64,000 nucleotides of DNA from the human T2T-CHM13v2.0 reference genome, Homo sapiens: the NCBI RefSeq assembly GCF_009914755.1, contig NC_060927.1; one strand, given 5' to 3'. Under the pieces are notes generated by a model. The model ran no database searches. It was not told the DNA's origin and saw nothing but the letters and a program-made list of their open reading frames with translations. The stretch's first letter is position 1, and each line of letters opens with the position of its first letter. Shown in pieces: positions 1 through 13,300 of this stretch. The position numbers and the translations under genes were made by a program.

Positions 1-624
1 TTTTTTTAAAAAAGTTTTGTATTTTATACAGGTGTATAACGTGTTGTGTTATAAGTAAAATGGTAGAAAAAAGTCAAAAAAATTCTAAAAGCATAAAAAG
101 TTTATAAAGTAAAAACGTTACAATCAGCTAAGATTAATTTATTATTAAAGATAGAAAATTTTTTATATAAATTTAGTGTAACCTAAGTTTACACTGTTTC
201 TAAAGTCTACAGAAGCATACCATAATGTCCAAGTTCTTCACATTCACTCACCACTCAGTCACTGACACACCCAGAGAAGCTTCCAGTCCTGCAAACACTA
301 TTTGTGGCAAGTCAGTACTCTACAGAGGTACAATTTTTAATCCATTGCACTATATTTTCACTGTACCTCTTCTATGTTTACATATGTTTAGATACACAAA
401 TACCATTGTGCTGCAACTACCTACAGCAGTCAGTGCAATAACATTCTGTACATGTTTGTACCCTAAGAGTAATAGGTTACACCATACAGCCTAGGTGTGC
501 AGTAGGCTATACCATCTAGGCTTAGGTAAGTACACTCTATGGTCTTTACACAAGAACAAGAACAAAGGTGCTTAAGTATGCAATTTTCAGAACCTATCTT
601 CATCATAATATTAAGCCACACATC

Positions 625-628
<4 letters not shown>
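1..628 (+). mobile_element. Tigger3 (Golem/MER7-type, TcMar-Tigger) DNA transposon, right-hand part
   Basis: Tigger3-typical blocks (cacattcactcaccactc; ctatgtttagatacacaaatac; gcctaggtgtgcagtaggctataccatctagg) ending in a TIR-like end (...cacatcactg). Homologous to the copy at 59992-60330. Confidence 0.85.
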
Positions 629-657
<29 letters not shown>

Positions 658-663
658 ATGGGG

Positions 664-729
<66 letters not shown>
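627..729. repeat. Compound (TG)n/(TA)n microsatellite
   Basis: Visible TG and TA dinucleotide runs. Confidence 0.97.
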
Positions 730-732
<3 letters not shown>

Positions 733-926
733 CTTACAAGTGGATTTTTTTAACCAAACCTGGATCTAAAATACAGTATTTACAGGATGCCAAATCTGCA
801 TATATGGAAGGCTAACTTTTTGTATACTTGGGTTCCAGAGGGCTGACTGCAGAATTTGAGTCTGATTTTGGTATGAGTTATGGAGTCCTGGAACCCATCC
901 CTCCTGTATACTGTGAAGGAGAACTG
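730..926 (-). mobile_element. MER8 (Tigger2-derived non-autonomous element), partial
   Basis: Resembles the reverse of the MER8 consensus (aaaatacagtattt...ggttccagagggctgactgc...gtcctggaacc...aactg), followed by TA. Confidence 0.7.
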
Positions 927-1351
927 TATATGTAAAAACTTAGACTTGGTAGATCTTGTGAAAATGTAAACATATTTGTTCAACTAAGTTTTTTGTTCTC
1001 TCTGTCTCCTCTAATCTGTGGAGATATGAAATAATATTATTTTAAAGAGGCATAGAAAAGTGCCTAGATAATCTGCTGACTTTATTACATCGGTGTTTGA
1101 CAAACTGCTCAAGTGTCCTTTTGCTGAAGAAAAATTGGTGCCATAAAGTAGTCCTAAAGAAAATCACCACTGAAACCCTCCAAGATATTTAAGAAAAATT
1201 TGATTTTAAATGAACCCAAATATATTTTGACAATATACACCTCATGAATGGAAAGAAGTGTTTTTAATTAAAAAACAGTAAAATCAGAAGGATTAAGAGA
1301 ATATATGTTTGTCCAAAAGGAATGTCAAAAGCAAAGATGTCTAGATGAAAT

Positions 1352-1483
1352 TTATATATATATATATGTGTGTGTGTGTATATATATATGTGTGTGTGTG
1401 TATATAGATATATGTATATGTATATATATGTATATATGTGTGTATATATGTATATATGTGTATATATGTGTATATATGTATAT
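1352..1483. repeat. (TA)/(TG)/(TATATG)n low-complexity microsatellite
   Basis: Seen directly. Confidence 0.95.
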
Positions 1484-1674
1484 AAATGAGATCAAAATGT
1501 ATGAATTTTATTTATATATTCCTTATAGTTATCCACACCCAATTTACAAGGTCATCTAGAAACAATTTTAACTAGGTAGAGGGCAATTAATTTAGACTGT
1601 GTTATACCCCTCTGGCCCACATTTATGATGTTCAGATATTTTGGGTCCTAATACTAGAAATTCAGTATTTTGCT

Positions 1675-3951
1675 TGTATTAGTCTCTTTTCATACTGCTA
1701 TGAAAAAATACCCAAGACTGGGTAATTTATAAAGAAAAGAGATTTAATGAACTCACAGTTTCACATGACTGGGGAGGCCTCAAAATCATGGCAGAAGGTA
1801 AAGGAGGAGCAAAGGCATGTCTTACACGGTGGAAGGGAAGACTGCGTGTGCAGGGGAATTGCCCTTCATAAAACCATCAGAACTCATGAGACTTATTTAC
1901 TATCATGAGAACAGCATGGGAGAAACCTACCCCCATGATTCTATTACCTCACACCAGGTCTCTCCCGTGGACACATGGGGATTATGGGAGCTGCAATTCA
2001 AGATGAGATTTGGGTGGAGACACAGCCAAACCATATCATTCTGGTCTTGGCCCCTCCCAAATCCCATGTCTTCACATTTCAAAACCAATCATGGCTTCCC
2101 AAAAGTACCCCAAAGTCTCGACTCATTTCAGCATTAACTCAAAAGTCCACAGCCCAAAGTATCCTCTGTTACAAGGCAACTAATGAGCGTGTAAAATCAA
2201 AAGCAGGTAAATTATTTTCTAGATACGATGGGGCTACAGGCATTGGTAAATACACCCATTCCAAATGGGATAAATTGGCCAAAATCAATAGGCTACAGGC
2301 CCCAAGGAAATCGGAAATTTAGTGCACCAGTCAAATCTTAAAGCTCCAGAATGATCTCCTTTGACTCCATGTCACACATCCAGGTCACACTGATGCAAGG
2401 GGTGGGTTCCCATGGTCTTGGGCAGCTCTGACCCTATGACTTTACAGGGTATAGTTCCCCTCCTGGCTGCTTTCACAGGCTGATGTTGAGTGTCTGCTGC
2501 TTTTCCAGGAACACAGTGCAAGCTTTGGGTGGATCTACCATTCTGGGGTGGCCCTCTTCTCACAGCTCCACTAGGCAGTGACTCAGTGGAGAGTCTGTGT
2601 GGGGTCTCTGACCCCACATTTTCCTTCCAAAATGCCCTAGCAGAGGTTCTCCATGAGGGTTCCACCCCTGCAGCACACCTCTGTCTGGACATCTAGGCAT
2701 TTCCATACATCCTCTGAAATGTAAGTGGAAGTTCCCAAACCTCAATTCTTGACTTCTATGCACCTGCAGGCCCAACACCAAATGTAAGCTGCCAAGGTGT
2801 AGGGCCTGCACCCTTTGAAGCAACAGCCTAAGCTGTATGTTGGCCCCTTTCAGCCACAGCTGCCACACAGAGAACCAAGTCCCCAGACTGTACAAAGCAG
2901 CAATGCCCTGGGCCTGGGCCATGAAACCCATTTTTTTTCCTCCTAGGCCTCCTAAGCCTCCTGACTTGGGATGGGAGGGGCTGCTGTGAAGACCTCTGTC
3001 ATGCCCTGTAGACATTTTCCCCATTATCTTGGTGATAACATTTGGCTCCTCATTACTTATTAAAATGTCTGTAGCAAACTTGATTTCTCCTCAGAAAATG
3101 TTTTTTTTTTCTATTGCATCATCAGGCTGCAAATCTTCCAAAGTTTTATGCTCTGCTTCCCTTTTAAACATAAGTTCCAATACCAAACCATATCTTTATA
3201 AGTTAATAAAATGTGAATGCTTTTAGGAGCAGCCAAGTCACATCTTGAATGATTTACTGCTTAGGAATTTATTCTGCCAGATACCCTAAATCATCTCTCT
3301 CAAATTCCAAGTTCCACAGGTCTCTAGGGCTGGGGCAAATGCTTCCAATCTCTTTGCCAAAGCATAGCAAGAGTCACCTTTCCTGCAGTTCCCAATAAGT
3401 TTCTCATCTCTATCTGAGACCACCTCAGCCTCAAAACATTCAACAAGTCTGTAGGATGCTCCAAACTTTCCCTTGTCTAGCTGTTTTCTTCTGAGCCCTC
3501 CAACCTCTGTTTGGTACTCAGTTCCAAAGTCACTTCCACGTTTCTGGGTATCATAATGGCAGTACCCCATCTACCGGTAACAATTTACTGTATTAGTTCA
3601 TTTTTATACTGCTGTGAAGAAATACCTCAGACTGGGTAATCTATAAAGTAAAAGAGGTTTAATGGACTCACAGTTTCACATGACTGGGGAGGCCTCACAC
3701 TCATGGTGGAAGGCAAGGGAGGAGAAAAGTCAATCTTACATGGCGGCAGGCAAGACAGCATGTGCAGAAAAACTACCTTTTATAAAACCATCAGATCTTG
3801 TGAGACTTATTCACTCTCAGCAGAACAGCAAGGGAAAAACCCACTCCAATGATTCAATTGTCTCCCACCAGGTTCCTCCCATGACACATGGGGATTTGAG
3901 GAGCTACAGTTCAAGATGAGATTTGGGTGGGGACACAGCGAAACCATATCA
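1675..3951 (-). mobile_element. Full-length THE1 (THE1C-like, ERVL-MaLR) provirus: LTR 1675-2038, internal region 2039-3588, LTR 3589-3951
   Basis: Two ~363 bp direct repeats with THE1 ends (reverse reads TGATATGGTTT...TAATACA), a ~1.55 kb THE1-int, and a 5-bp TSD ttgct/gtgct (1670-1674, 3952-3956). Confidence 0.95.
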
Positions 3952-4989
3952 GTGCTAAATACCTATTTCTACTTCATTACTTTCTAGACTTTTGATGGTT
4001 GCTCAGGAAAAAAAGAAAAAAGAAAAAGAAAATCACACACACACACTTCAATCATTTATTCAACAAAATTTATTATAGGAGATTACTGTGTGTCAGTTAC
4101 AGATTGCTAAATATGTGATTTAATACATATTTTCCTATACACTACATAACTATGTTTTATGCTTTATATAGAAGATTTGGGCATCTGCAAGGTAATAACA
4201 GGTATATTATCCACATTTTCAAGGAGAGAAAATTCAAGTTCGAGAAGTGGAATACTATGCCAAATTGATACCACTATATGATAATAGAGTTAGGCTTTGA
4301 AGCCAAATCTATTTGATTCCAATTAAATTTCTTTCCACTGCACAATTTCACTTTTTCTTCCTATCTCTCAAGAAGGAGCCTAAACACAGACAAGAATTGT
4401 AGAGGTGTTGATAATTGGCTGTAGCCTGAGGTCCCAGGGAAACCCTGACTGTATCAATGCTTCTGGAAGTCAATTTATAAATAAATAATCAAAATAACCT
4501 TGAAATTTTGATGCAGTAATTTCACTTGGAAATTATTACAAGTATGTAAAAAAGTTTGCTTAGAAGCTGTTCCTGCTCAGTTTGTCTTCCTTCCCAGTAA
4601 AGACAAATTCACTGTCTTCCCAGCTTCCAAGAAGGAACTGAAAGAACAGAAAACAAAACTTGAAAATGCCAACACGAACAAACGAACACATTTTGAATCA
4701 GAGGCCAGTTCAACTGATTTCTTGTGTATTAAAAATTAATGTACAAAGTGTTCTCTTCCATTGATTTATATGAATATTTTCATGACTTGGTTCCCAATTA
4801 TTTCTCCAAATAATTATTAGCCCCTTCCCACTATAAACACTTCAATACCATTTTGTTCAGACAATTGAGGGTCATTTGTACAGTATATTATATTTGCACT
4901 AGAGAATAAATGTATTTGTGATTATTCCCTTGTTATTGTTTACATTTTAATAACCACATTTAAGGGTACCTAAGTAAACCTAATAACTA

Positions 4990-5130
4990 ATAGTCACTGG
5001 ATACATATGATCAGTTTTTATGCTAAGCATTTAATATGCATTATGTAATTTAATCTTTACAGCAACAATATGAAATAAGTACTATTATTATCAATTTAAC
5101 AGATAATAAAACTAATCATTGTCAAAGAAC
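4990..5130 (-). mobile_element. MIR fragment
   Basis: tgctaagcattt...atttaatcttt acagcaac...actattattatc aatttaacagat is a MIR core pattern. Confidence 0.55.
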
Positions 5131-7519
5131 ACCCAAGTTCCTTGGACTCTAGATCCTCTAAAGTAAATTGTTTTGTGTTTTAGGAGTACTCTTAAAAGGC
5201 AAACTGTGTTTTGTCATACACCTCTCTAAATTACATGCATGTTACCAAACTGCACTTGAGTTTTAACATAACATTACTAACTATATCCCAATGGGATTTA
5301 ATAACTGAAGTAATACTGCAAATTTTTAATACAACCTCACAGCAGGGACAGTGAGAGAAGGCTTTTGTATAATTAGCTGCAGAGTTAACTAATAGGTTGA
5401 TTAATTTAAACTACTTGAAACATCATTTTATTAATCTCATTGGAAATGTAGCAAAGGAGGAAAAATTAGAGTACACCATGTTAAGAATGTAATATAAAAA
5501 AGAAAAGCTCTTAAAACTAAGCCATTGAAACTAATAGAAAGTATTCAAGCAACTAAAAATTTAGTAGTAATGCTTTAATGGATGAAAAATAAACTGAATA
5601 TTACAAAAATAAGCATGTGTATTCTGAAAAATGGATACACATGATGGTTTACTATTTATTTGGAACTTGCTGATGTTTTCTTAGTTCACTAATGCGACAT
5701 CCTGATAATATTTTTAAAGGAGATCATTGTTTGGCTATCCCATTTTAAATATCAAAATTACAACTCATGCTATTTGGACTTCATAAGCAACATTTTAAAG
5801 TTTATACAATTGAGTAATTTTGCTTTTAAAATGAAAAAAAGGCTTTTAAGGGAATATTTGATTTAACATATTAATACAATGCCAGAAAGATAACGGTTTT
5901 CAATGAACTAAAATAAAAGATTGTGTTTTAAATATCATGGATCAAAATATTAATATCTACTGAAAATTCCTTTAAGCAAATAAGTACTTCACAACATTAA
6001 AACATTTATTAAATTCATCAGATCTTTACATGGAAAATGCTTCCTACATAACAGAATCTGACCTAGTTTACATTAAATTTGCTCTTATTTTGTTTCTTTC
6101 CTTTCCTTGTAATAAGAGCTTATACTAATGAACATGATAGTTGGTTAATGAAGAATGCATTGCCTATTTAGCAATATACATATTTATGCGACCTTCTTTT
6201 GTTCATAAATGCTAATATTTATTGCTTCTTTGTTGAGGTTTTATTTTGTGCTTTGTGACAAACAAAAGTATGATTAGTGAAGCTGTAAAGTTCTCATGGT
6301 AGCTGCCTGTGTTCCCAAGATAGCGGAATTAGTGTCTACAGAAGCAGTTAATGCTGTTTATCATTAGTGACAGAGGCTGGGAAGGACCTTCTGTGGCTTT
6401 TATCTTTCACCTTGCCAACGGAAGTTGATGAGCTTTCTGATTTAAATTCATAGGTAATGCTCCAGGATTTATATGCACTTCACATGGACAACCTCACAGG
6501 TAAACCTATCCTGCTGATGGGGTCTCATTAAAATCATTCTAACATTCTAATACTGGACATCCTTAGGAAAACCATTAGTTTATCCATATTTAATGTCAAA
6601 GTTGCCCAATGGAAACATGAAATATAATACAGCTTATGAAGAAATTATCTCATTTCTGCTTTAAAACAGTTTATTGCATTAGGGTGTGACCTTTATAGGT
6701 GTATACTGACTAATAAACATAAGGCACATTTTTATAATGAAAACACATTTTTAAAAGTTAAAGTTAATAGCTACAGGAGTTTTGAAATAAAGCAAGACAA
6801 TTACAATGAGGTAGCACACTTGAATGACACTAGTCTGTTTTTTCCACAAAATACATCTTCCAAAATGTGGGCCCAGGGAGCGATGCGAATTACCATCAGA
6901 AAATCAAAATTCGATGTCAGATTTATTTGAGAATTTGAGTGAAAGTTTAAACAGTTTTTGGCAGTACATGATAGCTTTGTAGCTAAGATAGTAATGAATA
7001 TTGTGACTGTCTAAATGAATAGTATGGTAATATTTCCTAAATTTTTCAGGAATCATTTTTTTTGCAGCTAGTTTTCATGAAATTATATTAGAAATATTTT
7101 CTATCATTGTGAACCACAATGTAAAATACTTTAAAATTTAAATTGGAAAAATCTTCATTCACACCAATAGTCCTAAAAATTTGAATGGTTTTCTTTTGTC
7201 CTCAAAACAAAATCTGTGCTTTTTAATATGAAGTATAAGATCTTACTTGGACCAGGTCTCTGTCTATCGTAGCCCTCATCACTCTGTTCTGTGCTTAAGC
7301 CACTCGTATATTTATCTTCCTCAAGGACGCAAAATGTTTGGCACCTAAATATCTTTATTTTGTTCCTGCAGGAGGCTCTCTTTCCACCTCAGTGTCTTTT
7401 TCTTCTTCAGAGAGATCTTCCACCCTTGTCTTTTCTAAAGCCTGCTGCTCCTACTGATAACTATTTCAGCACTCTACGTAGTACTTTGCATCATTTATGT
7501 GTTTAGTTTCGTTGGTGGG

Positions 7520-7648
7520 TGAGAGACAGTAAGCTGCATGAGGACAAACCAAATCTATTTATCTTGTTCATTGCTGAATCTTCAGTACTTAGAATGATGC
7601 CTGCTACAAAGTAGTAGGTATTCTTTATGTATACCCTTGAATGAATAT
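7520..7648 (+). mobile_element. L2 3' end
   Basis: gtaagctgcatgagg...tcttgttcattgctgaatc...tgcctg...gtaggta...ttgaatgaat is a typical L2 tail. Confidence 0.65.
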
Positions 7649-7723
7649 TCACATTTCTCAGCGAAAATGAAGAAAACTGAGTATGAGAGGGAAGTTCTCT
7701 TTTTACTTTCATTCTGTTCTAAA

Positions 7724-7933
7724 AGACAATGAACTCTGGGGACTTGAGGGAAAGGGTGGGAGAGGGGTGAGGGATAAAAGACTACATATTTGGTACAGTG
7801 TACACTGCTTGGCTGACAGATCCACCAAAATCTCAGAAATCACCATTAAAAAACTTATCTATGAAATGAAACGCTACCTGTTCCCCATAAAATTATTGCA
7901 ATAAAGTAAAATAAAATAAATTATAAAAATAAA
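7724..7933 (+). mobile_element. L1PB 3' end fragment with A-rich tail
   Basis: gggaaagggtgggagaggggtgagggataaaagactaca...aaatcacca...cctgttcccc followed by an AATAAA-rich tail. Confidence 0.85.
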
Positions 7934-10446
7934 GTGACAAAAACCCAAATAAACTCAGTTATTTTCAAGAAATAAATCGTATTGACTAGTATTTATTAGA
8001 AGCAACCATCAATGTAGTATATGTAATGTATCATAAGATGGTATTTTAGAGCTATTACTAGTGAAGATAATAAGATGCAATAAGATGAATGGCTAAAGTT
8101 TACATTAGGTAAATCAAGCACCGTGGGTTAGTAACTTCTCATAATAATATGAGGTGGATTGAATATCCAAAAGCAACAAAAATATTACCATTGTAAACTC
8201 ATTTATGTTGATCATAATTTCATGATGATTGCTTAAGTGTTTCCAAGTAGAAAACATGACAGCTAAAAATTATACTGAAATTCGTCATCTTCAATAGTTT
8301 TGGATGCATCCAAAACTTCTTTTTAAAGTAATTCAATTCTGTAAGTGTAATGCTATTTGTTTTAAACTGTAGAGTTTAGATGAAGGTAAAAATAAATGTT
8401 TTATAGTTTTCTAAGTAAATAAAGAAAAAGAACTTTGAAAGTAAAGGTCAGGTGTTTCATTTCCCTTTAGAAGCTGATCTGAGTTCATTCTGAGACTGGT
8501 TTTTAGGCTTGAGAAATTTACATGAGGGAGGCAAACTCTTTGACTTTCATGTTCAACTCTCCAAACATTGCATTTTAATGCAATTTTCCTCTTGCTTTAA
8601 CGATATCAGCTGTATAATCTAATTTCTTTTTGCAAGGGAAAAGCATCCCAGTAAAGAGAATAGCCTTCAGTAATAACAAGACACTCCACAAATCAATATT
8701 GTACCCTTCAAAGGGATCTGAATTCACAGGATCAAGTAATTGTGACCCACAAGATTGTTTCCTTTTTTCATCAACAAAAATACATTTTATTCAAGTTGTT
8801 ACATTTTGGTGCTCCATTAAATTCATTTTGTATTACTCGCAACTGTTGCACTATAAAGACTAAAACAGTGGCTTTTATTCTATAACTGGAGTTGATGCCA
8901 CATTCAGCTTTCATTATTTCCTCTGACCCAGCTTATTGTCTGACATCTTTTGAAAAATGCACATTCTACGCAAGAAAGCTTTAGCAAACATTTCTGTTTT
9001 TCAATGAGTTTGACAAAGTCTGCATGAGTATTTCTGAAAAACATGTCCAATGACAAGCAAAGAGTTTGATATCTTTTCAAAGAGTAGAGTTGAAATTTCT
9101 TCCCCGTACTACATAAATCATCTTGGTTATCGCATGCATATTAATATAGATTATTAAATGTTAATTACACCTTTCAGCAGTATTCAAGTTAAGAGCATAA
9201 AATATTTCCTGAAACCCACAAAAAATAGGAAGCAAAGGAAAAGAGCCAGCTGATCCAATACCAATGATTTAGAATCGTGACACCTTTTGAAGGTAATGTT
9301 AATATGGCATACTAAAGGTAATCATAAGATTTTTTTATATACACAATATATAAATGTTGCTTTTTTTGCCTTATAGTTCATGTAAATTTAAGGCTAAAAT
9401 ACATTTTATGGGACTCAGAATAACAGTGTCTAGCATTTTAACACAATCTTAGAGTGTAGAAGTTAATTTACATACATATTATATGAAGCTATTAAGATAT
9501 GCATATGTAATGTGGAACCCAATTTTTAATTATTAAGAATGTTAATTTCAATTAATATATTTTTAAATACAATGATATACTTGAAATAATGCCAATGTTT
9601 GTATTATTTTTTCAAGTGTACTTTTTCTTCTTCTGTTTTTGAAATAGAGCACAAATATGTTTATCCAATTAAATGACAAAAACCCAGGTAAACCGTAACA
9701 TGTTCATATTTTAATACCAAATTAAGTGTAGATATTTGTGAATAATTTGTTTCCTCAATTCTAAATATCCTCCATTTCCTATTTTCTTTTGATTCAGATA
9801 ATCAATTACTTTTTTTAGAATATAATTACTAAGATCACAGTAAAATCATAAGGAGCTGTAAAAAGTATATCATAGATTTGATTCTAACTAATTAAAGGAA
9901 GTTAAAATAGCACAGATAAATTTCACATAATAGCAACACAGTACATTTTTATTTATTGTATTAATGTAATCTTAAAAGTAGAAGGGAAGAATATGAGCTT
10001 CCAACTACGAATGATATTTTAGAAGAGAAACACAAAGTTAGAAAGTGTAGCTATGAAATCGTTAAATTAACAGAGCTAGTATTTACTAATAACCACTTAT
10101 ACCCATGTATTTTATCCGATATATGAAGATAGGATATGTGTGTATGTGTATGTACGTGTGTATTGCATATATAGAGAAGTGATATAAAGCATGCAAAGAC
10201 AAATGTGGCTGATTGGAGCTGATTTCCGTAGTAACACATTCTGCAGGTTTTGGAATAAAAATAACAATATTGTGAATAATGATCAACTTTATTCTTATGT
10301 TTTCTGCTGGTTAGGCATTACATGTAATTGATGAAAAACAAACTTCATTTTTGTACTGAATCTGTGGAATTTTGACTTCTGATCCCTTGAGAGTTGATAC
10401 TGATGGTAGAAGGATGAAGCCAATAAATTTGAATTATGTATGTTGC

Positions 10447-10552
10447 TTTATATATATATATATAAAGAAAATATATATATAAACTGTATATATAAAGTAT
10501 ATATATAAAGTGTATATATAAAGAATATATATATAAAGTATATATATATAAA
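10447..10552. repeat. (TA)n-AAG low-complexity tandem repeat
   Basis: Seen directly. Confidence 0.9.
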
Positions 10553-11920
10553 GATTTTGTTGGCAATTTATTTTTAAGACTGTAGTAACAGGTTCTAATA
10601 TGTAGCCATTCCTTATTTTTTTTTTACTAAAAGCCACATAGCATTTTGCCAAAAGTTTTCTTGCAGCAAGATATGATTATAATAATAAAGTATATTTTTA
10701 GAGTTTATACACGATCCACCTCCTAAAAATATTGAGCTCCTCAGTTTCAGCTGTCATCTTAACTTTCACCAGCCTGAGCAGGGCTGCAGGATGTGGGATG
10801 ACTCCTCAGCATCCAAGGGCCTGATGTTGTAAGGATGTCTCTACCTTTGGCCTTGTGTTTGTCCTGCACTCTAGAACTTCATTGCTATAGAGTGCAGGAC
10901 ACACTGACATGCCAGTATGTCAGAAAGGCTCAGAAAAACCATTCTCAGGAATCATCACTCTAATCAGCAGAAAGCCCCTTCCATGTAGCTATTTAAACTC
11001 ACCAAGCCTTTTTTTTTTAATGTCATGACAATTGGTGCTAAAAAGTTAGGTGTGATCAGTTATGAAAAAAGAATCAACTCTGAAACACTGCAGTGTGACT
11101 ATCAAATAATTATTGTATAATTGTACACATCCTTGGAGACTTACTGCAGTGGTAATTCTTTATTTATAAAACAAAAATAAAATGAGCTAAAACAATAAGA
11201 AAAGCAAAAAAACATAAACAGAATAAATTGTACTCAAAATAAATTCTGATCATTCTAGGCTAAGGAGGTATTGGCAGAGAAGTGCTTATATAGTTCTAGA
11301 ACTCTATGCTACAAAAAGGCCTCTATGAGGTGTAAAGAATAAGCGTAGAGAGAAGTCTGGGAGTTATATTAGATAATAAGCAGTGGGCACGCTCCTTAGA
11401 TAGGGATGGGATAGGAGTCAGGAGAAGGACTTTAAGAGCAATACCAGGTGAAGGATTAAGCCCTATTAATAGTCTAAAAGCAGTTTTCTTTCTTAACTCA
11501 TTCTGCTTCCTGACTCATGATTACCGCATATTTACCTGATACATCATATATAACATCTTATTCGCCAAACAAAACAAGTTATTTATTTTAACTGCATCTG
11601 TTTAATAATTATTCCAGGATATTTGCTTCTTTGATTAGATATAATATTTTCTTAGAGCATAACAATACATACTCAAATCTATGCAGATCACTCTTAAAAA
11701 TTAAAATTTGAAGGAAAATACAACTTTTCAAATGATCTTATATTTTACAACATTATTGGTATATACTAGTTACTCAGCTATAATAATACAATAGAGACAG
11801 AAACAAATATTTGACAATTTTAAAAGAAAATGAAGAAATAGTGAATTTATTATACTACCATATTCTTTAAAAATTTTATCGAAAAACTACATCAATAAAA
11901 CTGCCAACACTTACGAGTGC

Positions 11921-12367
11921 TGTTAAATCAAACTAAATATGGCCTGAGAAAGCCTCTGTACTTCCATATTTGAGTCCTTGTGGACCAACTGTAACCTAAC
12001 TTTGCAGGTAGACAATGCTGAAAACCTAACTTAGGAGTACACTACTGTAACAATAGCTGAGTCTCAGCTAATCCCAGCAGCCATACTTGAACCACTCAGA
12101 CACTGCTGACTGTTCAAACTGTGTTCAAATAAGGCAACCTCCAAGCTGTAAACAATCCAGCTGTTCCTGCATCTCACTTCCATCTTCTGTATGTCACTTT
12201 CCTTTTGTTGTGTATAAGTTTGCTCTGACCATGAGGCATCCCTGGAGTCTCTCTGAATCTGCTGTGACTCTGGAGACTGCCTGATTCGTGAATTGTTTTT
12301 CTTGTTTGTTTTTTGTTTGTCTTGCTCAATTAAACTCTGTTAATTTGTCTGAAGTTTTCTTTTAACA
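11921..12367 (+). mobile_element. MER57-family solo LTR (ERV1)
   Basis: TGTTAAA...TTTAACA termini, 4-bp TSD GTGC (11917-20, 12368-71), MER57-type motif tgttcaaactgtgttcaaataaggcaa, ATTAAA poly(A) signal. Confidence 0.9.
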
Positions 12368-12639
12368 GTGCTAAAATTAGACAATTTCAAAAATATGAAA
12401 TTAGATAATTTCATTAGATAAATTGAATTAGATAAATCAGAAAATTAGAAATATATCAGTCATATTTTAAGCATTTCATACACAAGATTGTGGAAAAAAG
12501 TTAATATAATACTTTATACATAAAACCATATATATATATATATATATATACATATATATATACATATAAACATTTACCACCATCCAGTTAAATAACTGAC
12601 CACTAACCATTTCATTCAATTATCCTCATTTTTCTCTCC

Positions 12640-13300
12640 ATTGGAATTCTCATTCCTCCCAAGGTTAACCAGTCGTTTGAACATTTTTATATCATTTATT
12701 TTCTTTTCATTATTTATACAATATATTTAAACTTTTTATGATTTTAAATTTTATATAAATGATTTCATATTGTATACATTCTTCAATACTCACTGTTCCT
12801 CCTTTGATATTTTGTTTTCAAAAAAGTTCCATTCCTTTGTTGATTTCCACCACTATATAGTATTTTGTTTAATGAATATAACTTACCACTATTTATCATT
12901 TCTTCTTTGATGAATAATTGAGTTATTTCTAAGTATTTTTCTTTTAAAAACTGTGTTTCTCTGAAAAGACTAATAAATATCTCATGATCATGTTGTACAT
13001 GTGCAGTAATTTCCAGGAATGAAACTGCTGGATTAAATAATTTGCAAATATTCAAATTTGCCAGAAAAATTCAAATTGGTTTCAAGGAAATAATACCAGT
13101 TTACACTTCCACCAATGTTGCATATTCTACTTCTACATTCTTGCATATTCTTGTTATGGTATCTTTTAAATCTGTACCTGTCTGAAGAAAGAAAAACGAC
13201 ATCCCATTGTTATATATTTTTTGCTGATTATGTAGAGAGTATCCATATATCTTATAGAATGCACTGCTGAAATGCATGTGTGCATTTTTCACCATTGGGT
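12640..13300 (-). mobile_element. Old L1M (L1ME-like) fragment
   Basis: Degenerate L1 3' region motifs (gaaactgctggattaaat, ataccagtttacacttccaccaa, cttgcatattcttg). Confidence 0.55.

Noticed and set aside
539-1559. ORFs with CVCV/YIYI runs
   Set aside because: Translations of TG/TA microsatellites.
1817-3919. Several 85-154 aa ORFs
   Set aside because: All lie in THE1 LTR or internal sequence and are fragmented across frames.
9828-9839. ACTAAGATCACA, complementary to 25263-25274 (possible RNA docking site)
   Set aside because: A 12-bp match is expected by chance within 64 kb.
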